Assembly: GCF_009914755.1 (NCBI RefSeq)
Contig: NC_060936.1
Reading direction: 5' to 3' (one strand)
Length of the DNA: 64,000 bases
Origin: the human T2T-CHM13v2.0 reference genome, Homo sapiens
Shown: piece after piece, positions 1 through 20,934 of the stretch
How the letters are laid out: each line of letters starts with the position of its first letter
Position numbering within the stretch: the stretch's first letter is position 1
The notes under the pieces: model-generated
Seen by the model: the letters and a program-made list of their open reading frames with translations, nothing else
The model's database searches: none
Told to the model about the DNA's origin: nothing
Translations under genes and position numbers: made by a program

Positions 1-1
1 A

Positions 2-441
<440 letters not shown>

Positions 442-1032
442 TTAGAATACCGTAATCTACTTGAGGGAGCAGAGAGGAATACAAAGTAGGCATAAATGCT
501 TATTGATGAAAACACAACTCAGGATAATCTCAACCCTAACAAGATTGTTAACAACATTTTTTTTAAGCATGTGAAGGGGAAGAAAGTGTCAAAATACTCA
601 CTAATCACCAACAGAAATTTACAGAAGCTGCCACTGCCAGAGGATTCCAAGTTATTACCTGTATCCGTGTCCATATATCATGCCATTTTGGGATAAGCAC
701 ATTTGTGTAACAGAATTGTTGGCTGGCACGCTTTTCACAAACTTGGGATTCCTGAAGCATGACCACATTTACATCAGTTTCAGCTTTATGCAAAGAAAGG
801 AAACAAGAATTAAACATAACAAGCTAATAACTATAACTCATTTCATGAAAAAGATTAAACTAACCATTTTCCTAAACTTTGGGTTAAAACATTAGCCAGA
901 CTGAGAAATAAGAAAAAAAACTGAGAAGAAGGAAGAACTAAGGCAGAATCTTATTTCTGTCGTTTAATTATTTAAATATTACACAGTCATTCAGTCAGAA
1001 AAGTAATAATAAAAACTACTATTAAGTATCTA

Positions 1033-1203
1033 TTTTTTTTTTTTTTTGAGACAGTCTCGCTCTTTTGCCCAGGCCGGACTGCAGTGGGGCTATCTTGGTT
1101 CACTGCAAGCTCCGCCCCCTGGGTTCACGCCATTCTCCTGCCTCAGCCTGTAGCTGGGACTACAGGCGCCCGCCACCGTGCCCGGCTAATTTTTTTTTTT
1201 GTA
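1033..1203 (-). mobile_element. 5'-truncated AluY-type right monomer with TSD
   Basis: TSD TATTAAGTATCTATT at 1020-1034 and 1202-1216. Confidence 0.9.
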
Positions 1204-1228
1204 TTAAGTATCTATTAAGACAGTATGC

Positions 1229-1547
<319 letters not shown>

Positions 1548-1559
1548 AGACAGTATGCT

Positions 1560-1720
1560 GTCTCATTTAATGCTCCCAACAATGCTATGAGGTAAGCACT
1601 CTCATAATCCCTATTTTATAAATGAGGAACTGATGTTTAAGAAAGATTAAGTAATTTGCTCCAAAATCACACAAATAGTAAATAGCCTATCTGAGATTCA
1701 CCCCCAGGTCTGACTATGGT
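1560..1720 (-). mobile_element. MIR fragment
   Basis: Core tctcatttaat...ctattttataaatgaggaactga...aagtaatttgc. Confidence 0.7.
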
Positions 1721-1825
1721 CTTAAACACTAGATATACTTCCTGTCCTATAAAGGAATAAAGTAAGCTAAACTACTCCATCTGTTGATTTTCTCTATCCC
1801 TTTCCTGAGTAGAACAGAATTGGCA

Positions 1826-2512
<687 letters not shown>

Positions 2513-2676
2513 TAAAAGATTTCAAGGTTGTTTCCTTCCAGCTGTTTTGTGTCACTTCAAATTTTAACAGCAGGCAATGATTACATGCAGTCCCTCTGAT
2601 TTACCAAAACAGAAGATTCTCCTCTCAATTTGTATTTAATATCAGCTAATTCAAGATTTAAAAGTGACCACTGTCC

Positions 2677-5952
<3,276 letters not shown>

Positions 5953-5999
5953 GCGGGCCGGGGGCGGTAAGGAATCAAGGTTTTACAAGAGCAGAAGAT

Positions 6000-6950
6000 A
6001 GTAGAGATCACTGCATTTCTGTCAACTACATCCGTTCTGCCACCCGTGCCCTGCGTCCTGACAGAGCATACGCTCAGATGGTGTTTGCTGATTTGCCGAA
6101 TGAATGAGATGGTCCCTTTCCCGCGGCTGCTCTGCCTGCCCAGAATGGTCCCCAGGTTTTCTCGCTTTTAACCAAGAAACTCAAGGCTTCTGCAACGAGA
6201 CACAGCCCCCAGGACTGCTTCTCAACCAGTCTAGGCCTCCCTTCCTGTCTCCGCCAAAAGGCTTCAGGCTCCTCCCCACTCTGGAAGCTGCCCCAGCCCG
6301 CTTCAGGGCCCAGACCCTCAGTCCCGACGCCCACTAGCCTGCCAAGTTTCTTCCACCACACTACGCCGGCGGCCCTCGGTAGAGCCACCGCCCTTCTGCA
6401 GAGTAACGGCCCGCGCCCTCGGGACAATCCCTTTTCCAAAAATAACCCCCTCGGCACCTGCCCCCTTGGCAGCTGCTGCCCGGGCGGTACCTGTGCCGTA
6501 GACCAAGCAGCCGGAGAGGATCAAGAGTAGCCGCACTGTCCCACCGCCCCCGACTCCCGAGCCCCAGGGCCCGGGACCAACTGCCGGCGAGACCGCCACT
6601 TTCATTCCTCCCGCCATGGTTGCCTCAAGCCACCTCCTCCTCACGTGCCTTACCCCAGCAACTAACTCCGAACGGGCAACGACAGCAGCCTATCCTCTAC
6701 GAAACCCGCCCCTATCAACCAATGGGATGGGCAGGGCTTCGAGCACCCAGCCCTCCAAGGGCCCTATGAGTCCCGCCCCTTAGCAACTGAAGAGAGAGGG
6801 CGGGAAAAGCAGCTTTCAGCCTATTGGAAAATGGGTTCTCACCCTAGCAGTGGCGACAGGAAGATCCCACCCCGCTAACAACATGCTTCCGTCTTCAGTT
6901 TATTTACAACTGGTGTGATTGATGGTAAGTTTAACCAATAGAAAATCGGA
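6000..6950 (-). promoter_or_regulatory. NEMP1: NEMP1 CpG-rich promoter
   Basis: CpG-rich; E-box CACGTG 6642-6647; CCAAT/ATTGG at 6719, 6823, 6935; GC boxes at ~6704 and ~6772; E2F-type GGCGGGAAA 6799-6807. Confidence 0.75.
6491..6617 (-). CDS. NEMP1: NEMP1 (TMEM194A) coding exon 1, signal-peptide region; the rest of the gene lies left of the window
   Basis: ATG at 6617 in strong context (gcaaccATGg) encodes MAGGMKVAVSPAVGPGPWGSGVGGGGTVRLLLILSGCLVYGT; 127 nt ending at donor ACAG|GTACCG; synteny with NAB2. Confidence 0.92.
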
Positions 6951-7638
6951 ATGGGAGAGGCCTCCTTGACCAAACTCGGTATTTCCATAGAAGCTGTCTG
7001 AAGTTCCTTCCGTTTTCTTTCGGTTACTTTTTATCACGACCTTTCTGTTATGAGACGCCTACAATTGAGATCGCTTTATGAGTAGGACCCTGATAGGACG
7101 ATTTTTAAAGTCGACTGACAAAAGTGTGGTTCTCCAAAGTCCTAAAGGATTTAAAATAGAAGTCACAAAAAAGTGTGTGTCAATATTTTATAAGCATAAA
7201 CATTAGCTTTTAAAAATGTATTCATAGGATTTTTATTTTTGGAAGTAAAATTAATGTTAGGATTAAGAAAGATTCATTTATTCCTCTTATCATCTTGTGA
7301 GACAAATATAATTCTCTCCATTTAAGAAGCCAAAGCCAAGACAGCCACAGGAACCTGCCCAAGATTTCATAGTTCATCTGGTCTGTGATCCCAACCTAAA
7401 TCCTACTGACTCCAAAGCCGGAGTTATTTATATGGATTAGCTGCTTCCCATTCAATGATTTAACACAGGGCCCAGCAGAGATCCAGGTGTTCAGAAACTG
7501 TTAGTAGAAATTGAAACTTTTTTTTTAAGAGGATCTGATGGTGATGGGTAGGAAAACTACAGATGATAGAGCCAAATGAATTGAGGAATTCAAGGAAGGG
7601 GGCATCTCCTGGGGAAGGTTCAAGCTTTCAAAACAAGA

Positions 7639-8783
<1,145 letters not shown>

Positions 8784-8899
8784 TCAAAATGGGGCTGAGC
8801 TATGGGCAAGAGAAGAGATTTCATTCTCAGAAGGAAAAGTCTAGGCCAACAGTGCTGATATGGTCATCCTGTATTTCACACACACACTCCCTCAGCTGA

Positions 8900-11017
<2,118 letters not shown>

Positions 11018-11647
11018 TCATCATTCAGAGCTTGCTCTTTGGTTTTCACTAAAGCAAATCCAGGGGAACTAATTTCAGAAGATCACTGACCACTGACTAT
11101 TAAAATATATAAATGAAGTGTATGGTAATGAGACTGGCTGTCCATAAACACATTACAACTTATCATCCAAATGAGTGCTGTCATTTCAAGATAGTCATTC
11201 AAGAAGCTTTTAGCTTTGTTTTAATGAGGACACTGCTCAAAACAACAAGAATCTCCTTCAGAGTCTATAACACACAATGCAATGAATATTCATTATCTGC
11301 AGGTGGATTGGATTTATGCAAATAGCCAAAAGAACTCAGGCCAACACTGATGAGTAAATGGGGTGGGAAATCTGGATGGTTAATGTGTTTCAAAATTTTT
11401 TGGATTTTTGAAAGATAGTATGGTGCATATACAAAATATAAAGCAACAATCCCAATGCATCAGGACAGCACCCAGTAATCAAACAAATTAATATTTCTGG
11501 AATGACACATATGACTTCATACTGTGGTAAGTGAAAGATGGAAAAGTGAAAACTATAAATAACCTTATGTAAGTTTAGGTCAGGTTCTGCCACAAAATAA
11601 ATTCAGTTCAGATTAGGTTTTATTGTCAAATATGTTATGAAAAAGAT

Positions 11648-12130
<483 letters not shown>

Positions 12131-12229
12131 GTCAAGCTTTTGGTTTTCATAATTTTTTTAAATTTAGGAATTGTGGATAAAGGATTTGCAGGCCACGAAT
12201 ATTTGATGAAGGCTATTCCAGAGTTTTGA

Positions 12230-13440
12230 GAAGGAACACTCCATTCCACATACTCAGTCACCCAAGCTAGGAGCCTGAGAGTCACCCTAAACCCTCATTC
12301 TCTCCTCTCAACCCCTCAGCCAATCAATCAAGTCCTGTCGATCTTATTTTCTATATTTTGAATCTGTTCTTTCCCCCCATGCCAGTGCCTTGCCATCTTT
12401 CAACTGAGAGGGTCCTTCAGTATTTTTCAAGCTGACCTTCCTACTGTTTTTGCAGCCATAAATCCTTCCTCCACTCTGCTCCTAAGTGCAGATCTGACCA
12501 TGCCATGAGTCTTTGTTTCCAGAGTCTTTATGGTTCCAGTAACACCACAGGATGAAGTCCAACATCCTTAGTATGATCTAAAACTCAGAGGCAAAGACAC
12601 AAATAACTATAATAATGTTATTCAATGTTTGTCACCAATCTGTAATGAAACAATTTCAGAAATTAAGTGTAAGCATTTAGAAAGTTTTATAGGAATTTGA
12701 CAGAGAAATTTTATATTTATTGAATCTAACAAAATGGTAGTTTATTTTGTTTTTTGAATAATTCATTTTTAGTGCATTCTACAAAAGTAGTGGACAATAA
12801 TAGATTGGAAATGTTTTAAAAATTGGTCCTTAACCATACTTTGAAAAGCACTGGTCCAAAATATTTTTAATGTAATGTACCTGTACACCTCCCTAGGCTC
12901 GTTTCTAACCAGCTCCACCCACCACCCAGCAATAATGAACAACCTTTTATAGTTTCTGAAACATATCACTCTGTTTCATACCTCCACCTCCATGGAAATG
13001 CACTTTCTGGCCTCTCTGACTTGACTTCCCTTCCTCCTAGAATTTTTGTTTTTGTTTTTGTTTTTTGTTTTTGAGACTCACTTTTTGCTCTGTGGTGCAG
13101 GGATGCAGTGGCGCCATCAAGGCTCACTGCAGCCTTCAACTTCTGGGCTCAAATGTTCCTCCCACCTCAGCCTCCTGAAGTGCTATGATTACAGGTGTGA
13201 GCCACCGCCCTGGCCACTCCTGGAAATCTCATACTGACTGCATCATCACCTCCTTTGGATGCCTGTCTAAACCAAGGCCCCTCACAACTCCAAGCAGAAC
13301 AGATCACTCACCCTCTTATACTTCTGTCATTGTTGTACCCATATTATTGCACTATGTTGTAATTATTCGTTTATAGGTCTATTTCCCCTATTAGTCTGTG
13401 AGCTCCTTAAAGGCAGTGGTTAGGATTATCTGTCTTTCAG
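12230..13440 (+). mobile_element. L2 fragments interrupted by a DNA-transposon remnant and a partial Alu (13043-13213, -)
   Basis: L2 3' motif ttccccta-ttagtctgtgagctccttaaaggcag at ~13383-13416. Confidence 0.6.
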
Positions 13441-14589
13441 GAGTGAAACATTTCTTGTAAAATAACTAACTTGAAGGACAACATTCCTTAGATGATAAAT
13501 TCTGCCATGTTACTGAAAGAGAAAAAAGGGATCATTACTTTATACTTTTCTATTACCAGCCAGGACTTCGGCCTACTACCTTTAGCATCTGAGTGTGAAT
13601 TAATTTACCAGAATGGTGGACATTTTAGAAGGCCAAGGAGCCAGATTTGTGGGACTCACTGGAAACTTTACAAGGGAAAGAGATATGGAAAACAAATGTC
13701 TTCACTTAAACAGTTTTGCCCAGGCTCAGCCCCTTTGGGAGTAAAATCTGTGTCATGTGCCCTTTCAAAGTTGCACAGGCCTGTGAATAGGATCAATTTA
13801 TTCATTTCAGAGGGTCCACCAGATAACAGGCCTATCCTGGAGAGGTCCTGGATTTCGGCTGAAACAAGCAACTATAATTGGAAATGTGTACAAAGAGCAA
13901 TGAGGAGGCCACCGAGGGGTGGGAGGAATTAATTCTGCCTGGAGGAGTGGAAGGGGTCCAGGAAGGAGAGGGTGAGCCAAACCTTGCTGAGTGAGTCGGA
14001 TCTGGCCCAGTGGAGACGTTGGGGGAGGAGTGAGCAGAGCAATCTGCTAGATGAAAATCTACACGTGCGCGTAGGGACGACAGTCTCTGCACTCCTCTTC
14101 CGCCCACTTTCCTCCCTTTCCTCGCAATCGTTTCCCCTTTTCTTGGAAAACTAGGACTGAGGATACTGTTTCCCTTCACGGAGGAGACCAGCACAGATAA
14201 AAGAATATTAATCCTTTTTATCACGAGATCAGTTCCTCTGGTCTGTCTTTGAGAGCACTGGGGATGGGGAGAGCAGGTGAGTCAGGCACAGAAGTGGTCC
14301 TTCTTTGAGTGAGCCAAGGGGACACAGGGGAGAACAGGTCCCATGCAGGAAACAAATGAAAATTTTTGTATTTGTCCCCACTCCCTTTTTGTCACCACTC
14401 CCCCCCCCCCACACACACACCTGTCTCTTTATGTTTTTCTATAGTTTCCCATGGTCTCCGTCTTTGTCTTTGCCTCTTTCCCTTTGCTACAGGCTGGAAA
14501 TTCCTTGTTCTCAACGGAAGGGAGTAGGAGGGGAGTTGGGGGTGGCAGGAGTGGGCGGGAAGAACAGACATCTCGGCAGCTCTGGCTGC

Positions 14590-17143
14590 GGGCTGCGGGG
14601 GCGCTCTGGGCCTCTGGCGGGCCCTGACAAGTCAATGATTTTTTAAATAGGGGCTCATACACAAACCTAGAGAGAGAGAGGAACACAGATATACAAGTGG
14701 ATATAAAGAAACATATAAATACATAATCTCGGGTACAGAGACACAAACTGGCAGTAGCGTCTTAAATATGCTTAGCATTCTACAATTTAGAGAGTTTTCC
14801 CGTACATTCTCTCATCCGAATCTCACGACAATCTTGAGAAACAAGGGCACAAAGACACAAACACCCGGTAGTTTCACTCTCACACACGGGTTCGCACCCG
14901 GACCCCCGCTGGCTCCCCTAGGGGAGTGGGCAGGCCCCTTCTGCGGAATTTCTCTTCCCTCGTCCCTCTCTGGCCGAGCACCCCCTCTCCCAGGACCCGG
15001 GAGCGGAGAGCTCAAAATCGGCTCCTCCCTCCCCCTCTTTCCCGGATCAGGACCGGGACCCGGGCGCCCCGCGCCCAGTAGGTTGCCGCTCACTTGCTCA
15101 CGCCCTACTCCGCCTCCTCCTTGGGCGGGCGTCTCCCTCCAGATCCTAAGGCTCAGCGCCGCCCCAAGGGGGCCGGGGTGGGAGGGAGGGGGGCGCCTCG
15201 AGCAGAGGCTGCGTGGGCGGAGGATGTGCGTCACGGGGAGCGTGGGCTGGGGGAGGGAGGGGGCACGTGGAAACCCGGGGCCAGCGGCTGGCAGCCCGGG
15301 ATCCAAAATAACCTGAGGTGGGGGGGGAGGGGTCGCCCACACCCCGTACGGGGTCGGGAGCGTCCCCAGGGGAGCCCGTCTAGCCGCACCCTCCAGTTGC
15401 GGGGCGGGGGACTGGGAGACGGGACTCTGCTCGTTCCCACCACCCCCACTGTGTTTGGCGCTTAATAGGTTGGAGAAGAGGACCTGAGCAACTGAAATCC
15501 TCCCACCAACAACGCGCTCCTTCTCCCCGGACCCCACAAGGCGGAAAGGTCTCCTCGCTAGGCCACATTGTAAAACCAGCCCCGGTCCACGGCCTCCACG
15601 CCCCGCCATGCCCCACCCCAGCCCCTCAGAAGTGCGGACAGAGAGGCGGGGCGGGGCTGAGATTCCGGACTAGGGGAAACCTCACCTGTGGCCAGTCCGC
15701 TCGCTTTCCCCGGCCCCCACCCCCCCTCCTTTCCCTGGGGCTTAGAGTCTATGGGCCGGGCCCTTAGAGCCCCCGCCTCCCCCAACAGCCCTCCCAGCCG
15801 TGGGCGGGAGTGCAATGCGAACCAGATGGGGCTAGGAGAAACCAAAGGGGGAGACGGTGGTGGGTTGCAGAGGCGGGGGCTAAGCTCCTTCAAGGCGCTC
15901 CTCCTTCCAGCTCCGCCGCAGGAAGTCACGTCGTAGGCTCCCGACCTCTTACTCATCTTCCACTAGACTCTCGGGCGAGGTCCCTAATAGACGGCCCCAG
16001 GAAGGGTATCGTCTTTGTCACACAAAATTCCCAGGCAGGGCCTCATCCTCAGCAAACAGAGGACAAGTGGAGGAATCCCTGCCTGACCTACGCGCTGACA
16101 AAAGCCGACGCGTCTAATCAACACGCGCACCTAAGTGGTGGCGTGCAGCATAACCCTCCCATTCCTGTTTCCCAAACTTTCCAGGCTAGCATGGAGGCCT
16201 GGGTTTCTGAGAGCGACCCCCTCAGATTATTCCATTGGGGCTGAGGAGGGGCGCGGGGATATCTAGGAGATCCCTGCAGAGCCCCACGCTCTCAGGCCCG
16301 CCTTAAGTGCACACTATACGGGAGTCAGATGCACGCACAGGAGAAGCCGCACAGCCCAGCCTTCGCTAACTTTTCCCGGCTCACTGCTAACATTCACACG
16401 TCCAGCACCACAAGGCCTGAGTATGGGCAACGGGCGTCCCCGTAGTTGTTTAGGCGCGTGTGCACGTCCGTGCGCTTCTGTGTCTTTGTGTACTTGTGCG
16501 TGGTTGTGAAACTCCTCTCTCAGCTCGGAGGGGTGGGGGAGAGAAGGAATGTCGCCGGCGGGGCGCTCACGTGGGTACGTGGGCGCCAAGAGGGCCGGCT
16601 GTGCATCCGGCGTGGGCGGCACAGAACGACCTCGCCCCGCCCGCTGGGTCCCCAAGCCCGCCCTGCACAGCCGGGCCTCGGTCACCTCGGTCCCCAATTC
16701 GGCGCCCCGGCTCTGAATCCCCGCCCCCGCCTCCTGCTCCACACCCCCTCCCCCCCCGTCTCCGCCTCTCCCAGTCTCTAAGCCGCGGCGTCTCCGCGGC
16801 CGAGAGGCCCCAGCGCCCGCCTCCCCGGCCCCCGCCCCCACCCCCGCCCCCGGCTCTGCCCACGCCCTCCGCCCGCCAGCCCGGCAGCCAGCGCAGCTCC
16901 GGGCCTCGCTCCCTGTGCGTCCTGCGGGGGCGGAGGCGCGGAGAGGCGGCAAGCGCAGCCGGGGAGGGTGGGGGGGCAGAGGCACAGACAGAGGCGCGGA
17001 GGCTCGGAGAGAGAAGACGTGGAGGGAGGGACAGAGCCTGGACAGCGGTGGACACGGCATCGTGCGCGGGGAAGAGGGCAGCACGCAGCAGGCGCCGAGC
17101 GCCGGGCACCGAGAAGGGCAGCCCGGGTGATCTCCGGCCGTCC
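14590..17143 (+). promoter_or_regulatory. NAB2: NAB2 CpG island, promoter and 5'UTR with clustered EGR sites
   Basis: High CpG density; perfect EGR sites GCG(T/G)GGGCG at 14595-14603, 15211-15219, 16610-16618, 16722-16730 (reverse) and 16924-16932; many GC boxes. Confidence 0.85.
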
Positions 17144-17226
17144 ATGCACAGAGCGCCTTCCCCCACAGCCGAGCAGCCGCCGGGCGGAGGGGACAGCGCC
17201 CGCCGGACCCTGCAGCCCAGACTCAA
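17144..17226 (+). CDS. NAB2: NAB2 exon 1 coding part
   Basis: MHRAPSPTAEQPPGGGDSARRTLQPRL(K); donor AA|GTTAGT; 83 nt. Confidence 0.95.
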
Positions 17227-18071
17227 GTTAGTGGGCAAAGGGAGGCAGCGGGGAGTGGAGATGGGTGGAGCTGGACTTGGGAATGGGGTCCAGAGGGCGG
17301 AGGTCGAGGGGAGGACGTGGGGAAGCAGGACGGGGGTGGGGGGTGGAGACTGATGGAAAAGGGGGTGCGTCTTCGAATTAGGGGGCCCTGGGAGCAGGCA
17401 AGCATCTGATGAAGCTGGATATGAAAGAGTAGTACCCAAATCTCCATTCCTGGTTTACTCTGTGGGCTCCATCTGGCCTAAGAGCCCCCTGCAAAGAATG
17501 TGGGAGCCTCCAAGCACCAGGGGATGCCCTGGAGCTCGAGCTGGCATCAGTGCGGAAGGTGGGGGGACGCTCAGTTGCCTCAGTCCCTCGTTGGCACGGA
17601 GCGCGCGGGCCCCCGGTGCCTTTGAGTTAAAGGAGCATCAGCGGGGGAAAGGGGGGGTGACGAGGGAGGCAGGGAGGCCTTAGGCGTTCCTTCCCATATC
17701 TGTCCCTTTATTCACAGAGCGGGGAGGGGAGTTTCAGTGTGCAGCCCCTTCATCAAGAGGCCTTGAGCCGCTCCCCCACTCCACTTGAAGATGCGGGTGG
17801 AAAATATGGGAGAGGAGAGTAGGCGGGAGCCCCTGGGCGGTTTTCGCCTACAGACGCTACCACTGTGGGAGTGTGTGTGGGCGGAACGGCCCCGGAGCAG
17901 AACAATTGCGCCCCTCCCCCTGCCACGGCCCCTGAGCTGAAGGAAAAGGCTGACCGAGGAAGTGGGGAGTGTCACTGCTAGGAGAGGGGCCACTGAGGAG
18001 CACTGGGCAGCCTGGAAGGGTGGAGAGGTTCTGAGGGGAGAGAGGAAGCGTGCGTTAAGAATGCTTAACCA

Positions 18072-18380
18072 GGCCGGGCGGGCCCGGTGGCTCAGGCCTG
18101 TAATCCCAGCACTTTGGGAGGCTGAGGCGGGTGGATCACGAGGTCAGGAATTCGAGCCCAGCCTGACCAACATGGTGAAACCCCGTTTCTACTAAAAATA
18201 CAAAAATTAGCCGGGCATGGTGGCGGGCGCCTGTAATCTCAGCTACTCAGGAGGCTGAGGCAGGAGAATCGCTTGAACCCGGGAGGCGGAGGTTGCAGTG
18301 ACAGCGCCACTGCACTCCAGCCTGGGTGACAGAGCGAGACTCCGTCTCAAATAAATAAATAAATAAATAAATAAATAAAT
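18072..18380 (+). mobile_element. Alu in NAB2 intron 1 with (TAAA)n tail
   Basis: TSD AATGCTTAACC at 18060-18070 and 18378-18388. Confidence 0.95.
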
Positions 18381-18996
18381 GCTTAACCCCTGGGAAAAGC
18401 TGAGCGGAGAAGAGTAAGGCACCACCTGGCTCACTGAGTGGGAAAGCCAGGGAAGGTGCCACACCCTCCCTTTTAGCCACCTGGGGCTGTGGCCCCTTCA
18501 CAGGGAATGAAGCTGGCCAGCAGCGTCCACTGTGGGGGAGACTGGGCTCCTACATTCACTTTAGTATGGGTGACTTCACTTCAGTGTTGAGACTGCTGAG
18601 TGTTTAGAGGGGAAGGTGAGGATTGTGTTTTGGGGGAGAGGGAGGTCCAGCCATCCCAGGTCGGTGCTGGTCAGCCTCAGCGCTCAAGTTCTTCTTGCCC
18701 CAGACCAAAAAGATAAAAGCTGAAGATAAGGTTGTAAGACGCTTCGACTCCTACAGACACAGGCCACTGACTTTTGGGGCTTCGGGCCAGTCTAGGACGG
18801 CACTGGCTTGTCCATGCCTCTGAGCAGTGCCTGATTCTGAGAGTCTGTACTCAGACCTGGGCACTGGGCAGGATAGCATCCAAATGAGGGAGGGGAAGAA
18901 AAGCAGGCAGGAAAGAGGGAACAATTGTTAGTGTGGGTTGGTACCCAGTAGGGGGACTTGCACCGACTGCCTCTCTCTTGTGCCCCTCCTTCTCAG

Positions 18997-19870
18997 GCCC
19001 AGTGCCCGAGCCATGGCACTGCCTCGGACGCTGGGGGAGCTGCAGCTGTACCGGGTCCTGCAGCGCGCCAACCTCCTTTCCTACTATGAGACCTTCATCC
19101 AGCAGGGAGGGGACGACGTGCAGCAGCTGTGTGAGGCGGGTGAGGAGGAGTTTCTGGAGATCATGGCACTTGTGGGCATGGCCACCAAGCCCCTCCATGT
19201 CCGGCGCCTGCAGAAGGCACTGAGAGAGTGGGCCACCAATCCAGGGCTCTTCAGTCAACCAGTGCCTGCTGTTCCCGTCTCCAGCATCCCGCTCTTCAAG
19301 ATCTCTGAGACTGCGGGTACCCGGAAAGGGAGCATGAGCAATGGGCATGGCAGCCCAGGGGAAAAGGCAGGCAGTGCCCGCAGTTTTAGCCCCAAGAGCC
19401 CCCTTGAACTTGGAGAGAAGCTATCACCACTGCCTGGGGGACCTGGGGCAGGGGACCCCCGGATCTGGCCAGGCCGGAGCACTCCAGAGTCGGACGTTGG
19501 GGCAGGAGGAGAAGAGGAGGCTGGCTCGCCCCCCTTCTCCCCCCCTGCAGGGGGAGGAGTCCCTGAGGGGACTGGGGCTGGGGGGCTGGCAGCAGGTGGG
19601 ACTGGGGGTGGTCCAGACCGACTGGAGCCAGAGATGGTACGCATGGTGGTGGAAAGTGTGGAGAGGATCTTCCGGAGCTTCCCAAGGGGGGATGCTGGGG
19701 AGGTCACATCCCTGCTAAAGCTGAATAAGAAGCTGGCACGGAGCGTTGGGCACATCTTTGAGATGGATGATAATGACAGCCAGAAGGAAGAGGAGATCCG
19801 CAAATACAGCATCATCTATGGCCGTTTCGACTCTAAGCGGCGGGAGGGCAAGCAGCTCAGCCTGCACGAG
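18997..19870 (+). CDS. NAB2: NAB2 exon 2 (NCD1 EGR-binding domain and start of NCD2)
   Basis: tctcAG|G acceptor; MALPRTLGELQLYRVLQRANLL...KQLSLHE; donor GAG|GTGAGA; 874 nt. Confidence 0.97.
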
Positions 19871-20319
19871 GTGAGAACCCCCAGGCCTCCTAGGATTGCC
19901 CTTGACTTCCAGGTCTCCAGCCGCTTACCTCTGCGAGTTTCTACAGTCTCCGACTATCTTTCATTATCTCTTGACCAGGACCCCAGGCCCTGATCCCCTC
20001 CCCAACAGGCCCCTACCCCAGCGGCCGCAGTGCTTCCATCCTCAGCTGAGGGGGAAGCAGAGATACAGGCAGCACCGAGCTGTTCAGCTCCTTGTCACTC
20101 AGGACCCCACAGGAGAGGAGGAGGCCCCGGGCATTCCTAGGAAGCTGTGGGTGCTGACCTCTGTCTTCCCACCTCAGAAAGCTCCCATGTAGTGTCAAAA
20201 CCAAAGCAAGCGTCTGATGGATGGGCCTCATTTGTCCAATGGTGAAGGGGTGTGAGGAGGTCTGGTGAGGCAGCGGGGAAGTTCGAATTCTGACTCTCCT
20301 GGCTGCCCTCCCTCCACAG

Positions 20320-20453
20320 CTCACCATCAACGAGGCTGCTGCCCAGTTCTGCATGAGGGACAACACGCTCTTATTACGGAGAGTGGAGCTCTTCTCTTTG
20401 TCCCGCCAAGTAGCCCGAGAGAGCACCTACTTGTCCTCCTTGAAGGGCTCCAG
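20320..20453 (+). CDS. NAB2: NAB2 exon 3
   Basis: cacAG|CTC; [44 protein letters not shown]; AG|GTGAGA; 134 nt. Confidence 0.95.
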
Positions 20454-20788
20454 GTGAGACCCCTTCCCCAGGTCCTTCCTGGACTGGAATCCTGCTATGG
20501 AGTTAGATCATGTCCTAACCTTCAGCTCAGGCAGCTCTAGGCCTGCTTCCCGCCCACCTGGATGTCCTGCTTTTGGCCAAGTCAGCTTGTCTCAGGTCTG
20601 GTCTCTCCTCCCATCCATGTCGGGTCCCCCCAACCCCCTACAACAATAGTGCTTGAACTAGAGACTCTTTCTCGGCCAGCTTCTTGGCAAAGGTTTTAAA
20701 TAACACATGCCTCTGGCTGGGTTCTGTGCTCTGCCAGTCGAGTGGCCCTCGTCAGCCTCATCCACTTTATTCTTACCCATCTTTTCAG

Positions 20789-20840
20789 GCTTCACCCTGA
20801 AGAACTGGGAGGCCCTCCACTGAAGAAGCTGAAACAAGAG
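20789..20840 (+). CDS. NAB2: NAB2 exon 4
   Basis: ttcAG|G; LHPEELGGPPLKKLKQE (basic NLS-like motif); GAG|GTATGT; 52 nt. Confidence 0.95.
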
Positions 20841-20934
20841 GTATGTTTTCCGGGGTGCATATAGGGGCACTGGGCAGCCTTCCCCAATCCCCTCCCTTGG
20901 CAGGTCTTCATTTCCCCATGTTGGGCATCCACAG

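Noticed and set aside
14768-17439. Long overlapping Pro/Gly/Arg-rich ORFs (180-297 aa) on both strands
   Set aside because: Stop-codon scarcity in a CpG island, mostly non-ATG starts and no domain signature; only 17144-17226 is supported as coding
18938-19993. 351-aa ORF as a single-exon protein
   Set aside because: It is NAB2 exon 2 plus in-frame intronic run-on at both ends
20134-20143. Palindromic STAT6-type site TTCCTAGGAA in NAB2 intron 2 (and scattered TTC-N3/4-GAA motifs)
   Set aside because: Six specified bases occur many times by chance in 64 kb; no clustering to support function
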